Source: Solirubrobacteraceae bacterium
Lineage (GTDB): Bacteria; Actinomycetota; Thermoleophilia; Solirubrobacterales; Solirubrobacteraceae
Direction of reading: 5' to 3'
Length of the DNA: 62,486 bases
NCBI GenBank assembly: GCA_050999585.1
Contig: JBPCPC010000191.1
Span: forward strand, 1-62,486
Shown here: piece by piece, positions 21,059 to 31,020 of the stretch
How the letters are laid out: the number at the start of each line of letters is the position of its first letter
Numbering within the stretch: position 1 is the stretch's first letter
Notes under the pieces: model-generated
What the model was told of the DNA's origin: nothing
The model's database searches: none
The model's input: only the letters and a program-made list of their open reading frames with translations
Program-made: the position numbers and the translations under genes

Positions 21059-21647
21059 CGAGCACCCGCTCGGCGTCGGCCAGCGTCAGCCCGCGGCCGG
21101 CCAGCAGCACGGCCACGTGGTAGAGCACGTCGGCGGCCTCCTCGGCCACACGCTCGTCGGTCTCCTCGCGCGCGGCCCGGACGACCTCCTCGGCCTCCTC
21201 GCGGACCTTGGCCCCGGCCAGCCCCGGATCGTCGAGCAGAGTGGTCGTGTAGGAGCCCGCGGGACGGACGGCCGCCCGGTCGGCGATCGTGCGCTCGAGC
21301 TTGGGGAGCACCTCATACGGAGCCTGCGGTTCTGATTCGCCGCGGAAAAAGCAGGTGCGCTCGCCGGTGTGGCAGGCCGGGCCGGCGGGTTGCACCAGAG
21401 CCACCAGCGCGTCGCCGTCGCAGTCATAGCGGATCGCCCTGACCGTCTGGGTGTTGCCCGAGGTGGCGCCCTTGTGCCACAGCTGCTGGCGCGCGCGGCT
21501 GAAGAAATGGATCTCGCCGGTCTCTCGGGTCAGGGCCAGCGCCTCGGCGTTCATGTAGGCCAGCGTCAGCACCTCGCCGGTACGCCAGTCCTGCGCGATG
21601 CAGGGCACCAGGCCACGGTCGTCATATGCCACCTGGGAGTCGTCCAC
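21042..21647 (-). CDS. hisIE: Bifunctional phosphoribosyl-AMP cyclohydrolase / phosphoribosyl-ATP diphosphatase
   Basis: [41 protein letters not shown]. Confidence 0.95.
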   Translation of the reverse strand: MDDSQVAYDDRGLVPCIAQDWRTGEVLTLAYMNAEALALTRETGEIHFFSRARQQLWHKGATSGNTQTVRAIRYDCDGDALVALVQPAGPACHTGERTCFFRGESEPQAPYEVLPKLERTIADRAAVRPAGSYTTTLLDDPGLAGAKVREEAEEVVRAAREETDERVAEEAADVLYHVAVLLAGRGLTLADAERVLDGRRR

Positions 21648-21719
21648 GTCGCCGACGATTCTACGGGCGCGGATGATTGCGATATTTGTCCCGCCGGCCG
21701 GGCCAAATATCGCGACCGC

Positions 21720-23892
21720 TCAGACCGGAGCGCCGAGCGCGACGATCTCGGCAGGGCTCCAGTTCTCCAGCAACATGCGCATCTCCGCCGTGCTCAACGT
21801 CTTGGAGAACAGATAGCCCTGGCCGAACTCGCAGCCCAGCGAGCGCAGGCGGCGCAGCTGGTCGGCGCACTCAATCCCTCGGCGATCACCGGCAGCCCGA
21901 GCGAATGCGCCAGCGCGACGGTGGAGCGCACGATCACATCGTTGCCGTCGTCCGCGGCGGTGATCGTGGAGACGAAGCTGCGGTCGATCTTCAGCGCGTC
22001 GACGGGGAACTGGTGCAGCGCGGTCAGCGACGAATAGCCGGTCCCGAAGTCATCCAGGTGCAGCCGGACGCCCGAGCCGCAGACCTCGGAGAACACGTGC
22101 TGGGTGCGCTCGACCTCCTGCATCAGGGTGGACTCGGTGATCTCGAGCGTGAGCGCGCTGGCGGGCAGCGCGGCCGAGCTGATCGCCGCGCGGACCTGCT
22201 TGGGCAGCCCGGGGTCCTCGAGCTGGCGGCCCGACAGATTGACCGACATGCCGACCTCCTCGCCGATCAGCCCGTCGGCGCGCCAGCCGGCCAGGGTCTC
22301 CAGCGCGCCGACCAACACCTGCTGGCCGAGTGCCCCGATCACGCCGGTCTCCTCGGCGATCGTGATGAACTCGGTCGGAGACAAGTTCCCGCCCGCCCAA
22401 TCTTCCGGCCACCGAGCCAGTGCCTCCTGGCCGCAGATGTTGCCGCTGGCCAGGTCGATGATCGGCTGGTAGTGGATGCCCAGCAGCGAGCACTCGATGA
22501 CCTGGCGCAGCTCGGTCTCCCGCGTCAGGCGATCGACGACCGGCAGTGCATGCTCTCGTCGAACACAGCGTTGCGCGAGCGGCCGCGGCGCTTGGCGTCA
22601 TACATGGCGATGTCGGCATTGCGTAGCAGGTCGCTCGACTCGAGGCCGGGCGAGCTCACGGCAACGCCGATGCTGGCGGTCACAAACAGCTCGTTGCCAT
22701 CGATCTCGAACGGCTCGTCGAGTGAGTGCAGGATCCGGTCGGCGACCACCGTGGCGTCCTGCGCGCCGACGACGTCCTCGAGCAGGACCGTGAACTCGTC
22801 GCCGCCGATCCGAGCGACCGTGTCACCGGGGCGCAGCGCCGCCGACACGCGTTGCGCCGCGCGATCAGCAGGTTGTCGCCGACGGCATGGCTGAGGCTGT
22901 CGTTGACCAGCTTGAAGCGATCGATGTCCAGGAATAGCACCGCGCAGCCGATGTGCGGGTCGCGGGTCGCCCGCTGCAGGATCTGGTTGACGCGATCGAC
23001 GAACAGCGTGCGGTTGGGCAGGCCCGTGAGCGTGTCGTGCAGGGCGTCGTGCTGCAGGCGCAGCTGCGCGACCCGCCGGTCGGTGATGTCTGGGAGGGAG
23101 CCCGCCATCCGCGTCGGGCGGCCGTCCAGGCCCCGGATGGCGAGACCGCGGGTCATCACCCAGCGCCAGCTGCCGTCGGCGTGGCGCATCCGATGCTCGG
23201 ACTGCAGGTGCGGGGTGTTTCCGTCCAGGTAGGCCTCGATCGCACCGCGCAGCCGCAGCACGTCGCCGGGGTGCACAAGCGCGAACCAGGCGGCGGGATC
23301 GTCGTCCGGCGCCGTCTCGGGCCGCCCCAGAATCGCGTGCCAGCGGGGCGAGAAGTAGATCCGGCCGGCGCTCAGATCCCAGTCCCAGATGCCGTCGTTG
23401 GTGGCTCGCACGGCCAACGAGTAGCGCTCCTCGGATAGCAGCCGGTCGCGGATCGCCCGCTGGTGGCTGATCGCGTAGCGGATCGAGCGCTCCAGCACAA
23501 GCGGGTCGAGTTGCTGCTTGACCAGGTAGTCGGTGACCCCCAGCGCGGTCGCCTCGAGGTCCATCTCATACGTCGCTTCGCCGGTGAGCATGATCACCGG
23601 CGCCGGCGGACGGTTGGCGAATCCCTCGCGGACCAGCTCCAGGCCCGGGTGGGCGCCGAGCCGGTAGTCGACCACATACACGTCGTGGCGCTGCTCGCGG
23701 ATTGCCGGCAGACCCTCGTCGTACTCAGAGCGCCAGTCCACGGCGAAGCGCGCCCGTGCGGGCGGCGGCGCCGGGGTGGGCGCGGTGCACATCCCCCGGC
23801 GGCTGGACGAGCATCTCGCGCGTGACCAGGTAGTCGTCCTCGTCATCCGCGACGAGCAGGACCCGCACGGGCTCAGGAGCCGGCGTGATCAT
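21720..23892 (-). pseudogene. REC-PAS-GGDEF-EAL c-di-GMP enzyme, multiply frameshifted
   Basis: Fragments in different frames: RVLLVADDEDDYL (REC), DGIWDWDL (PAS), HDTLTGLPNR, RIGGDEF, HYQPI..QEALARW, LDDFGTGYSSL, GCEFGQGYLFS; breaks near 23780, 22855, 22540, 22385 and 21870. Confidence 0.85.
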
Positions 23893-24339
23893 GCATGTCT
23901 CCGTCGGGCAGCTCGACGATCTCGAACCAGTACTGGGTCCACGTCTTCATCACGTCGACCAGGCCCCCGAACGTGACCGGCTTGGTGATGAACGAGCTCA
24001 CGCCGAGGTCGTAGGTGCTGAGCACGTCGGCCTCGTCCTTGGACGTCGTCAGCACGACGACCGGAATCCGCCGCAGCGACTCATCGGCCTTGATCACCGC
24101 GAGCGCCTCGCGCCCATCCATCTTCGGCATGTTGAGGTCGAGCAGGATGATCCCGGGGCGGGGGGCCGGCGCCTCGCTCCAGCGACCTTCGTGACGCAGG
24201 TAGTCGAGCAGGTCCTGACCGTCGACGACGAACTTCATCTCGTTGGCCAGACGCGAGTCCTGGAGCGCGTCGCGCGCGAGCTCGCGGTCCTCCTCGTCGT
24301 CGTCGGCGAGCAGGATCGTGAACGGTCGGGTGGGGACAT
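23873..24339 (-). CDS. Single-domain response regulator (Rcp1-like); apparent 1-nt deletion just after the natural ATG
   Basis: ILLADDDEED, LLDLNMPKMDG, VLTTS, FITKP; ATG coupled to the kinase stop (TGATG) is out of frame by one base at the C4 run 24332-24335. Confidence 0.85.
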
Positions 24340-26129
24340 CAGGCTGCGACAAACGGCTCCTTGGTGGTTGCGGACCCGGGCGACACATCGTCTGACCGCG
24401 GGGCGTCTGACACCGCCTCCGTGCGCTGCGTCTGCATCGTCACCGTGAACGTCGAGCCCTCGTCGGGGACGCTGCGAGCCACGATCGTCCCACCGTGCCG
24501 TTCGGCGATCTTGCGGCAGAGCGCCAGACCGATTCCGGTGCCCGGGTAGGTCCCGCGGCCGTGCAGACGCTCGAATACGCGGAAGATGCGCTGGCTGTAC
24601 TGGGGATCGAAGCCGATGCCGTTGTCGCTCACGCTGAGCGTCACCCAACCGGGCTCGTGCGTGGCGCTCACATCGACCTCGCAGGTGACATCCTCGCGGC
24701 GGAACTTAACCGCGTTGGAGACGAGGTTCTGGACCAGCTGGCGCATCTGCGGGGCGTCGGCGTTGATCGTCGGCAGCTTGCCCGCGCGGACGAGCGCGCC
24801 GCTGCGGTTGATCTGGTCAGAGAGATCCTCGAGCACATCGGCGGCGATCGTGTTCAGGTCGACCGCGGTGAACGGACGAGCGTGGGTCGAGACCCGGGAG
24901 TAGCGCAGCAGATCCTCGATCAGGGTCTGCATCCGCTCCGCGGACGAGTTTGCGCGGCGCAGGTAATCCAGGCCACGCTCGGACAGCACGCCGGCCTCGG
25001 TCTCGGTGATCCGCTCGGTGAACGTGCGCACCTTGCGCAGCGGCTCCTGCAGGTCATGGGAGGCGATCGAGGCGAACTGGTCGAGCTCGGTGTTGGAGCG
25101 CACCAGCTCACTCGCCTGGCGCTCGAGCTCCTCGTTGGAACGAGCGAGCGCGCGGTTAGAATCCTCCAGGGCGCCGTTGACGTCCTCCAGGCTGAGCTTG
25201 GCATCGGCCAGCTCCACGTTGGCGCCGATCAGCTTGTCGTTGATCGCGGTGACGCGGTCGGCATCGCGGAACGAGCGACGCACCAGCAGCAGCGAGGCGA
25301 AAGCGACCAGGCCGAAGGCGACGAAGATCACCCACGGCAGGTAGTGCCGGGGGCCGGAGACGCTGGCGAAGAAGTCGCCGGCGGGTGCCGAGAGGATGAT
25401 CTTCCACGTGGTGTTGGTCAGTGGCACCTGGTCGAAGTAGCGGTTCTTAACGGTCCCGGAACCGTGGGAGAGCGTCTCCAGCTGCGTCGGGGTGTGGAAC
25501 ACGTAACCGGCAGGACGCTGGGGGTCGGTGGACGCGAGCACGACGCCGTCGCCGTCGAGCAGCAGCGTGTGATGGCCCTGCACGCCGGGGATCTTGTGCA
25601 GCTCGGAGGCGGTGAACGCCTCCAGGGCCTGCGGGGAGAAACCGGTCATCAGGATGCGCGGACCCGCCTTCGTGCGCAGCCGCGTCGCGAAGTTGATGAC
25701 GCCGAGCTTTCCGTACGGGCGGACGTTGCCCAGCGCCCACGGCCGGCCGTGCTGGATCTGCGACACGGCGCTCGGCGCCGCGATCGTAGCTGCCGCCTGT
25801 GCGGTGAAACCCGCGGAGTGCGCCAGTACGCGGCCGCCCGAGTCCAGCAGCGCCAGGTACATGTTGGCGCCGCGATTTCGCTGCAGCAGACGGTTGGAGA
25901 CGGTCGGCGTGCCGTAGGCCGCCAACACGGCGGCGCTCGGCTGACTGGTCGCCTGAAAGACCGTGTCGAGCAGGCCGCCGACCAGTACCGCGCGCTGATG
26001 TGCGGTGGACTCCAGCGCCGTGCGCGACTGAGACTGGTTGGCGGAGAGCTCGACCGCGAACACCGCCATCAGCGCCAGGACGATCATCGCGCCGGCATTC
26101 AGGGCGGCAATTCCCTCCTTGCGTCTCAT
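24339..26129 (-). CDS. Membrane sensor histidine kinase (extracellular Cache-like region, Cph1-type kinase core)
   Basis: Two TMs, coiled coil, H-box FASIASHDLQEPLRK, NLVSNAVKF, DNGIG, FERLH, GTGIGL; start uncertain. Confidence 0.92.
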   Translation of the reverse strand: MRRKEGIAALNAGAMIVLALMAVFAVELSANQSQSRTALESTAHQRAVLVGGLLDTVFQATSQPSAAVLAAYGTPTVSNRLLQRNRGANMYLALLDSGGRVLAHSAGFTAQAAATIAAPSAVSQIQHGRPWALGNVRPYGKLGVINFATRLRTKAGPRILMTGFSPQALEAFTASELHKIPGVQGHHTLLLDGDGVVLASTDPQRPAGYVFHTPTQLETLSHGSGTVKNRYFDQVPLTNTTWKIILSAPAGDFFASVSGPRHYLPWVIFVAFGLVAFASLLLVRRSFRDADRVTAINDKLIGANVELADAKLSLEDVNGALEDSNRALARSNEELERQASELVRSNTELDQFASIASHDLQEPLRKVRTFTERITETEAGVLSERGLDYLRRANSSAERMQTLIEDLLRYSRVSTHARPFTAVDLNTIAADVLEDLSDQINRSGALVRAGKLPTINADAPQMRQLVQNLVSNAVKFRREDVTCEVDVSATHEPGWVTLSVSDNGIGFDPQYSQRIFRVFERLHGRGTYPGTGIGLALCRKIAERHGGTIVARSVPDEGSTFTVTMQTQRTEAVSDAPRSDDVSPGSATTKEPFVAA

Positions 26130-26251
26130 CGGCTCATCGGCCCCCGTAAAAAACGCGTTCCGGTCAGCCTCGCTATCGGCCCGGTTAAGGGTCCTCGCCC
26201 GGCGGCTGTAGGTTTTGCGCTGGAAGTTCGGCAAATGTAATATCCGAACCT

Positions 26252-27133
26252 CTACTCGATCCCCAGACGGTCGAGCACACGTTCGTCCGCCCGCCAGTGC
26301 CGCCGGACGCGCACCGACAGCTCCAGGTGCACGCTGCTGGCCAGTTCCTGCTCGATCGTGCGGCGCGCAGCGGTCCCGATCGACTTGATCATCCGGCCGC
26401 CCGCGCCGATCAGAATTCCCTTCTGCGACTCGGTTTCGGTCAGCACCACGGCCGCGATGCGGATCAGGTCGGCCCGGGGATGGCTGATCTCCTCGACCTC
26501 GACCTCGACCGCATGCGGAACCTCCTCACGGGTGCGGGCCAGCACCTGCTCGCGGACCAGTTCGGCGAGCATCACCGACGGCTCCTGGTCTGAGCGCTGG
26601 GTCTCGGGGAAGTAGAGCGGTCCGACCGGCAGCTGCGAGACCAGGTGATCCACCAGCGTGGGTACCCCGGTCCCCCGGCGAGCCGATACGGGGAAGATCT
26701 CAGCGCCCACATCCAACGCCTCGGCGCCGGCCAAGGTGACCGCGATCCGCGCCTCCTGCGCCCGGTCGATCTTGTTGACCGCGATCGAGATCGGCACCGG
26801 AGAACGTCTCAGCAGCTCGGCGATGAAACGATCACCGGGACCGATTCCCTGCTGGGCGTTGACCACCAGCAGGCACGCGTCGGCGTCGGCGAGCTCGTGC
26901 TCCACCCGCCGCTGCATACGCTCGGTGAGCGCGTCGCGCGGCCGCTGCACGCCCGGCAGGTCAACCAGGATCAGCTGCCAGTCCGGGCCGTTGGCGACGC
27001 CTCGGATCGCCCGCCGGGTGGTCTGGGGCTTGTCGGAGACGATCGCCACCTTGGCACCGACGATCGCGTTGGCGAGCGTCGACTTGCCGACGTTGGGACG
27101 GCCCGCCAGCGCGACGAACCCCGAGCGGGTCAC
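26252..27133 (-). CDS. era: GTPase Era
   Basis: RSGFVALAGRPNVGKSTL, KPQTTR, DLPG, NKID, KH domain SQKGILIG; start uncertain. Confidence 0.96.
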   Translation of the reverse strand: MTRSGFVALAGRPNVGKSTLANAIVGAKVAIVSDKPQTTRRAIRGVANGPDWQLILVDLPGVQRPRDALTERMQRRVEHELADADACLLVVNAQQGIGPGDRFIAELLRRSPVPISIAVNKIDRAQEARIAVTLAGAEALDVGAEIFPVSARRGTGVPTLVDHLVSQLPVGPLYFPETQRSDQEPSVMLAELVREQVLARTREEVPHAVEVEVEEISHPRADLIRIAAVVLTETESQKGILIGAGGRMIKSIGTAARRTIEQELASSVHLELSVRVRRHWRADERVLDRLGIE

Positions 27134-27168
27134 GCTCTGGACCGGGGCGCCCGGGGCCTCACCGGCAG

Positions 27169-27627
27169 CTAACTCACCCACCGCATCAGCTCCGCCTGCA
27201 GCGCCAGCATCTCGCCGGCGTCGGTCTCATGGTCCATGCCGCTCAGGTGCAGCGCACCGTGGACGACGGCCTCGCGCACGTCATCGGTGTACGCGGTGCA
27301 GATCACGATGTCGCCGAGCTCGCGCGGGCCGGCGCTGGGGGCGTCCTCGTCGACACCGAAGGACAGCACGTCGGTGGGCGCGTCGATCAGCCGGTGCTCG
27401 CGGTTGAGATCGCGGATGCGCTCATCGCCGACGAACTCGATTGCCACGTGGCCCTCGTCGATGCCGGCCGAGGACAGGGCCAGCGCACACAGCTCCTCCA
27501 GCTCGACCGCAGTCGGCGGGCGGATCGGTTGGGCGGGATCCGGTGGGTCGGGTGGGGTCATGGGGTTGGGTGGGTTCGTGGGGTCAAACTCAACGACCTC
27601 GATCCCGATCACCTCGACGTCGAGCAT
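27169..27627 (-). CDS. ybeY: rRNA maturation RNase YbeY with Pro-rich N-terminal insertion
   Basis: LNREHR..DAPTDVLSF, LGDIVIC, HGALHLSGMDH; GAGGAG RBS before ATG 27627. Confidence 0.93.
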   Translation of the reverse strand: MLDVEVIGIEVVEFDPTNPPNPMTPPDPPDPAQPIRPPTAVELEELCALALSSAGIDEGHVAIEFVGDERIRDLNREHRLIDAPTDVLSFGVDEDAPSAGPRELGDIVICTAYTDDVREAVVHGALHLSGMDHETDAGEMLALQAELMRWVS

Positions 27628-27666
27628 CAGGGGCTCTCCTCGATGCAAGTGCCCCGATTCGCGACG

Positions 27667-28641
27667 CTAGGCACGCTTGCGTGGCCTCAGTTCGGGCGCC
27701 GCCCGCTGCGCGTGCTCGTCGTAGGCCGCCACGATCCGGCGCACCAGCTTGTGACGGACCACGTCCTCGTCGCCGAAGCGCACGAACTGCACGTCCTCGA
27801 CGTGATCCAGCACGTCGGCGACCGCGACCAGCCCCGACGCCTGCTCACGGGGCAGGTCGATCTGCGTGATGTCGCCGGTGACCACCACCTTGGAGTTGAA
27901 GCCCAGCCGGGTGAGGAACATCTCCATCTGCTCGGGGCTGGTGTTCTGAGCCTCGTCGAGGATGATGAACCTGTCGTTGAGCGTACGCCACCGCATGAAC
28001 GACAGCGGCGCGACATCGATCACCCCGCGCTCGAGGTGCGGGGAGACGCGATCGGACTCGAGCATGTCGTGCAGGGCGTCGAACAGCGGCCGCAGGTAGG
28101 GGTCGACCTTGGCCATCAGGTCGCCGGGCAGGAAACCGAGCCGCTCCCCGGCCTCCACCGCCGGCCGCGTGAGGATGATCCGGTTGACCTCTCGCCGGCT
28201 CAGCGCCGCGGCCGCCAGCGCAACCGCCAGGAATGTCTTGCCGGTGCCGGCCGGCCCGATCCCGAACGTGATCGTGTTGGTGCGGATCGAGTCCACGTAG
28301 CGCTTCTGGTTGACCGTCTTGGGCGCGACCTTGGTCGCCCGGTGGCGCCAGACCACGTCCTCGAGGATCTCCGAGGGTGACTCGTGCTCGTCCAGCGCGC
28401 GGGAAACGGCCTCCACCGTCCCGGGGGCGATCTCATGTCCCTGCCCGATCAGCTCCGACAGCTCGCGCACCACCTCGGCGGCGGCGTCGACTGCGGGCTC
28501 GTCCCCGTCCAGCGAGAGCACGTTGCCGCGGAGGAACACGTCGCAGTCGAGATGGCTCTCCAGTGTGCGCAGCACGGCGTCCTGGCTGCCCGCCAGCTCG
28601 GCGGCGACCGCGTTGTCGAGCTCGATCGTCCGCTTGGGCAC
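27667..28641 (-). CDS. phoH: PhoH-family ATPase
   Basis: GPAGTGKT, TRPAVEAGERLGFLPGD, LDEAQN, TGDITQIDLP, DVVRH. Confidence 0.95.
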   Translation of the reverse strand: MPKRTIELDNAVAAELAGSQDAVLRTLESHLDCDVFLRGNVLSLDGDEPAVDAAAEVVRELSELIGQGHEIAPGTVEAVSRALDEHESPSEILEDVVWRHRATKVAPKTVNQKRYVDSIRTNTITFGIGPAGTGKTFLAVALAAAALSRREVNRIILTRPAVEAGERLGFLPGDLMAKVDPYLRPLFDALHDMLESDRVSPHLERGVIDVAPLSFMRWRTLNDRFIILDEAQNTSPEQMEMFLTRLGFNSKVVVTGDITQIDLPREQASGLVAVADVLDHVEDVQFVRFGDEDVVRHKLVRRIVAAYDEHAQRAAPELRPRKRA

Positions 28642-29072
28642 TAAGAACTCAGCGCCTCGCGCACAGACGCACTCGCGCGCTTACCGTCGGCGCGACCCCC
28701 GGAGGCGGCCATCACCGCTTTCATCACCTGGCCCATGTCCCGCGGATCGGTGGCACCCGTGTCGGCGATCGCCTTGGTCACGATCACACGCAGCTCCTCG
28801 TCCTTCAGCTCGGACGGCAGATAGCCGCCGATCAGCGCGGCCTCTGACTCCTCCTGGTCGGCGAGCTCGGGCCGGCCGCCGCCCCGGAACTGGACGGCCG
28901 CGTCCAGGCGGCGCTTGCGCTCGCGCCGCAGGACGGCCAGCTCATCGCCGGGGCCCTCCTTGCTGTCGCGCTGCAATTCGGACAGCACCAGGCGCAGGGC
29001 TCCCACGCGGACTTTCTCGCCCGCCTTCATCGCGGTCGTAATGTCGGCCCTGAGCCGCTCGGCAACGCTCAT
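28641..29072 (-). CDS. GatB/YqeY domain protein
   Basis: DITTAMKAGEK, RERKRR..A..F..GGR.ELADQE..E, DMGQVMK, RADGK; start trimmed to MSVAERL. Confidence 0.93.
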   Translation of the reverse strand: MSVAERLRADITTAMKAGEKVRVGALRLVLSELQRDSKEGPGDELAVLRRERKRRLDAAVQFRGGGRPELADQEESEAALIGGYLPSELKDEELRVIVTKAIADTGATDPRDMGQVMKAVMAASGGRADGKRASASVREALSS

Positions 29073-29127
29073 CTGACGCCCTTGAAGGATAGACGAGGGC
29101 GCGGCCGCCCACAGCGGCTCGCGATCG

Positions 29128-29173
29128 GGACCTTTGCCGCGTCGGATTTGGACCCTTTGCCGCGTCCGATTTG
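29128..29173. repeat. Two tandem ~23-nt direct repeats, plus a partial third at ~29181
   Basis: ggacctttgccgcgtcggatttg / gaccctttgccgcgtccgatttg. Confidence 0.85.
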
Positions 29174-29221
29174 AGCCCGTGGACCCTTGTCGGGGCCAGG
29201 CCGCGAGCCGACAATCGGTCG

Positions 29222-30583
29222 ATGCGCGCACGCGGCCCTTGCGGCGGACGCGACCAGGACACGATCGAGTACGCCGGCGTGCTGGCGGTCATCGCCGCCG
29301 TGATCGCGCTGATGCTCGGCGTCGTCGACGACGGGCTGGCCAACACGATCAAGAACGGCCTGCGGTCGGACATCTGCAGGGTGCTGCAGTCCGACTGCCC
29401 CGCGCCCGGGGCGACACGGGTCCACACCCAGATCATCGACCGTCGGCACCGCATTCGGGGCCCCCGATCGGCCACGGTCACCCCGTGCCGGTGCTGTCGT
29501 TCCCGGGGACGACCGCGAGTGGCTCGCTGAAGGCCAGCAAGGGGCACGCGTCGGCGAAGGTCGAGCGGGTGATCTCGCGCGGCCACCCGACGTTGAAGCT
29601 GACGTCCGCGGGCTGCGGCGAGCTCGAGCAGCTCCAGGTCTCGACATCGGTCTCGGTCTCGGCGTCGACGAAGGGGGGCGACGGCGGCGCAGGCGGGCAG
29701 GAGGGCGAAGGCGGCGAAGGTACGAAGGGCAGTGTCTCGGGCAGCGCCGGCGTCGAGGTCAACACCTCCTACCAGCTCAACGTCAGCCCGGCGGAGGCGA
29801 ACCAGATCAACGCCGGCGCGACGGGCCCGAACCCGGTCGACCCGCCCTCGCTGGCCCCCGGTGAGAGCATCGTGCTCAACCAGGGGACGTACCAGACGCT
29901 CGGGCTGAGCAGCGCCTACGGGGTGCTGCAGGGCGAGGTCAACTAAAAGTCGGGGCCCCAGGTGACGACCGGCATCGCCGCGCTGCCCGGCGACCAGGTG
30001 CGGGTCTATGTCGGCAACGGCAACCTCGTCCAGAACGCGCTCCAGGCGGGCGTCGGCAACAACGACGTCGGCGTCTCGATCGGTTCCGCGGACACGCAGA
30101 CCAACGGCAACCTGCGCGCGGTCACGATCGATCTCGACTCCGCGTCGGGCTGGAACGCCTACCAGCAGTTCCTGCACACCGGCGGACTGCCGGCCGGGTC
30201 GGCGTCCGGCGTGTCGGATCCGATCACCCAGCAGACCTACGATGACTCGCAGACGATCTCGGCCAAGGCCCAGGCGTTCAGCTTCTCGATCGGGAAGAGC
30301 TGGAAACCCGGACGACCTCTCCCTGACCACGACCGACAACCCCGGCGGCTCGGAGACGACGACGGTCAGCGATCGCCAGAGCGGCGTGACCGCGTACGCG
30401 AGTCAGACGACAGGCCAGCTGGCCACCTACTCGCTGCTGCTGCAGAACGTCGACGCCACCGCGCGCTACACCTTCGCGGCCGAGCTGCGCGTCGCGGAGG
30501 AGACGCACCCCAAGGCCCACGGCCAGGCGCTCGTGGGCCTACTGCACCCGATCGGCAGTCAGCACGGCTGCACGGCGCCATAG
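29222..30583 (+). pseudogene. Disrupted secreted protein with Flp/Tad pilin-like N-terminus
   Basis: DQDTIEYAGVLAVIAAVIALML; frameshift ~29400-29490; in-frame TAA at 29944; frameshift ~30304; fragments have coding-like GC3. Confidence 0.75.
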
Positions 30584-30670
30584 CGGCGCTCAGGACGGAC
30601 GGCAGATGGCAGCACTTGAGCGCAGACGAGGCCACGCGCCCAGAAGGTGGCGCGTGGCCCCGTCGTTGAC

Positions 30671-30868
30671 TCAGCTGCGAACGCCGCTCGCGACCGGCTG
30701 ACTTTCGTACCCCTCAAGCGTCGAGCTCTGCTGCGGTGTCCTCAGGACGGCACGCGTAGAGAGGAGAGAGGGCTCTTGCGGATGCCCGGCACGAGGCTTG
30801 GGCCGCGGAGCGACGACGTCGAGAAGCAGGCCACCGATTGTCACGCCGACTGCGAGTGGATTGGGCAA
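30671..30868 (-). CDS. Candidate small ORF or gene remnant with strong RBS
   Basis: AGGAGGTGA (30883-30875) 6 nt before TTG; atypical codon usage, no recognisable family. Confidence 0.35.
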   Translation of the reverse strand: MPNPLAVGVTIGGLLLDVVAPRPKPRAGHPQEPSLLSTRAVLRTPQQSSTLEGYESQPVASGVRS

Positions 30869-31020
30869 CTGTTCTCACCTCCTCTCAATCCAGATTCCAG
30901 AGATCACAAGCGACGTCACGAAGGATCGTTCAGCGTGGGTGTGCCGACATCGGCCGCGTGGACAAGATTGCGGGCTGCGCCGTTGTCCACGCGGTCGCGC
31001 CCGATCGCCGCCCGCTCGAC

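Noticed and set aside
29128-29195. Mini CRISPR array
   Set aside because: Units are adjacent with no spacers, and there are no cas genes.
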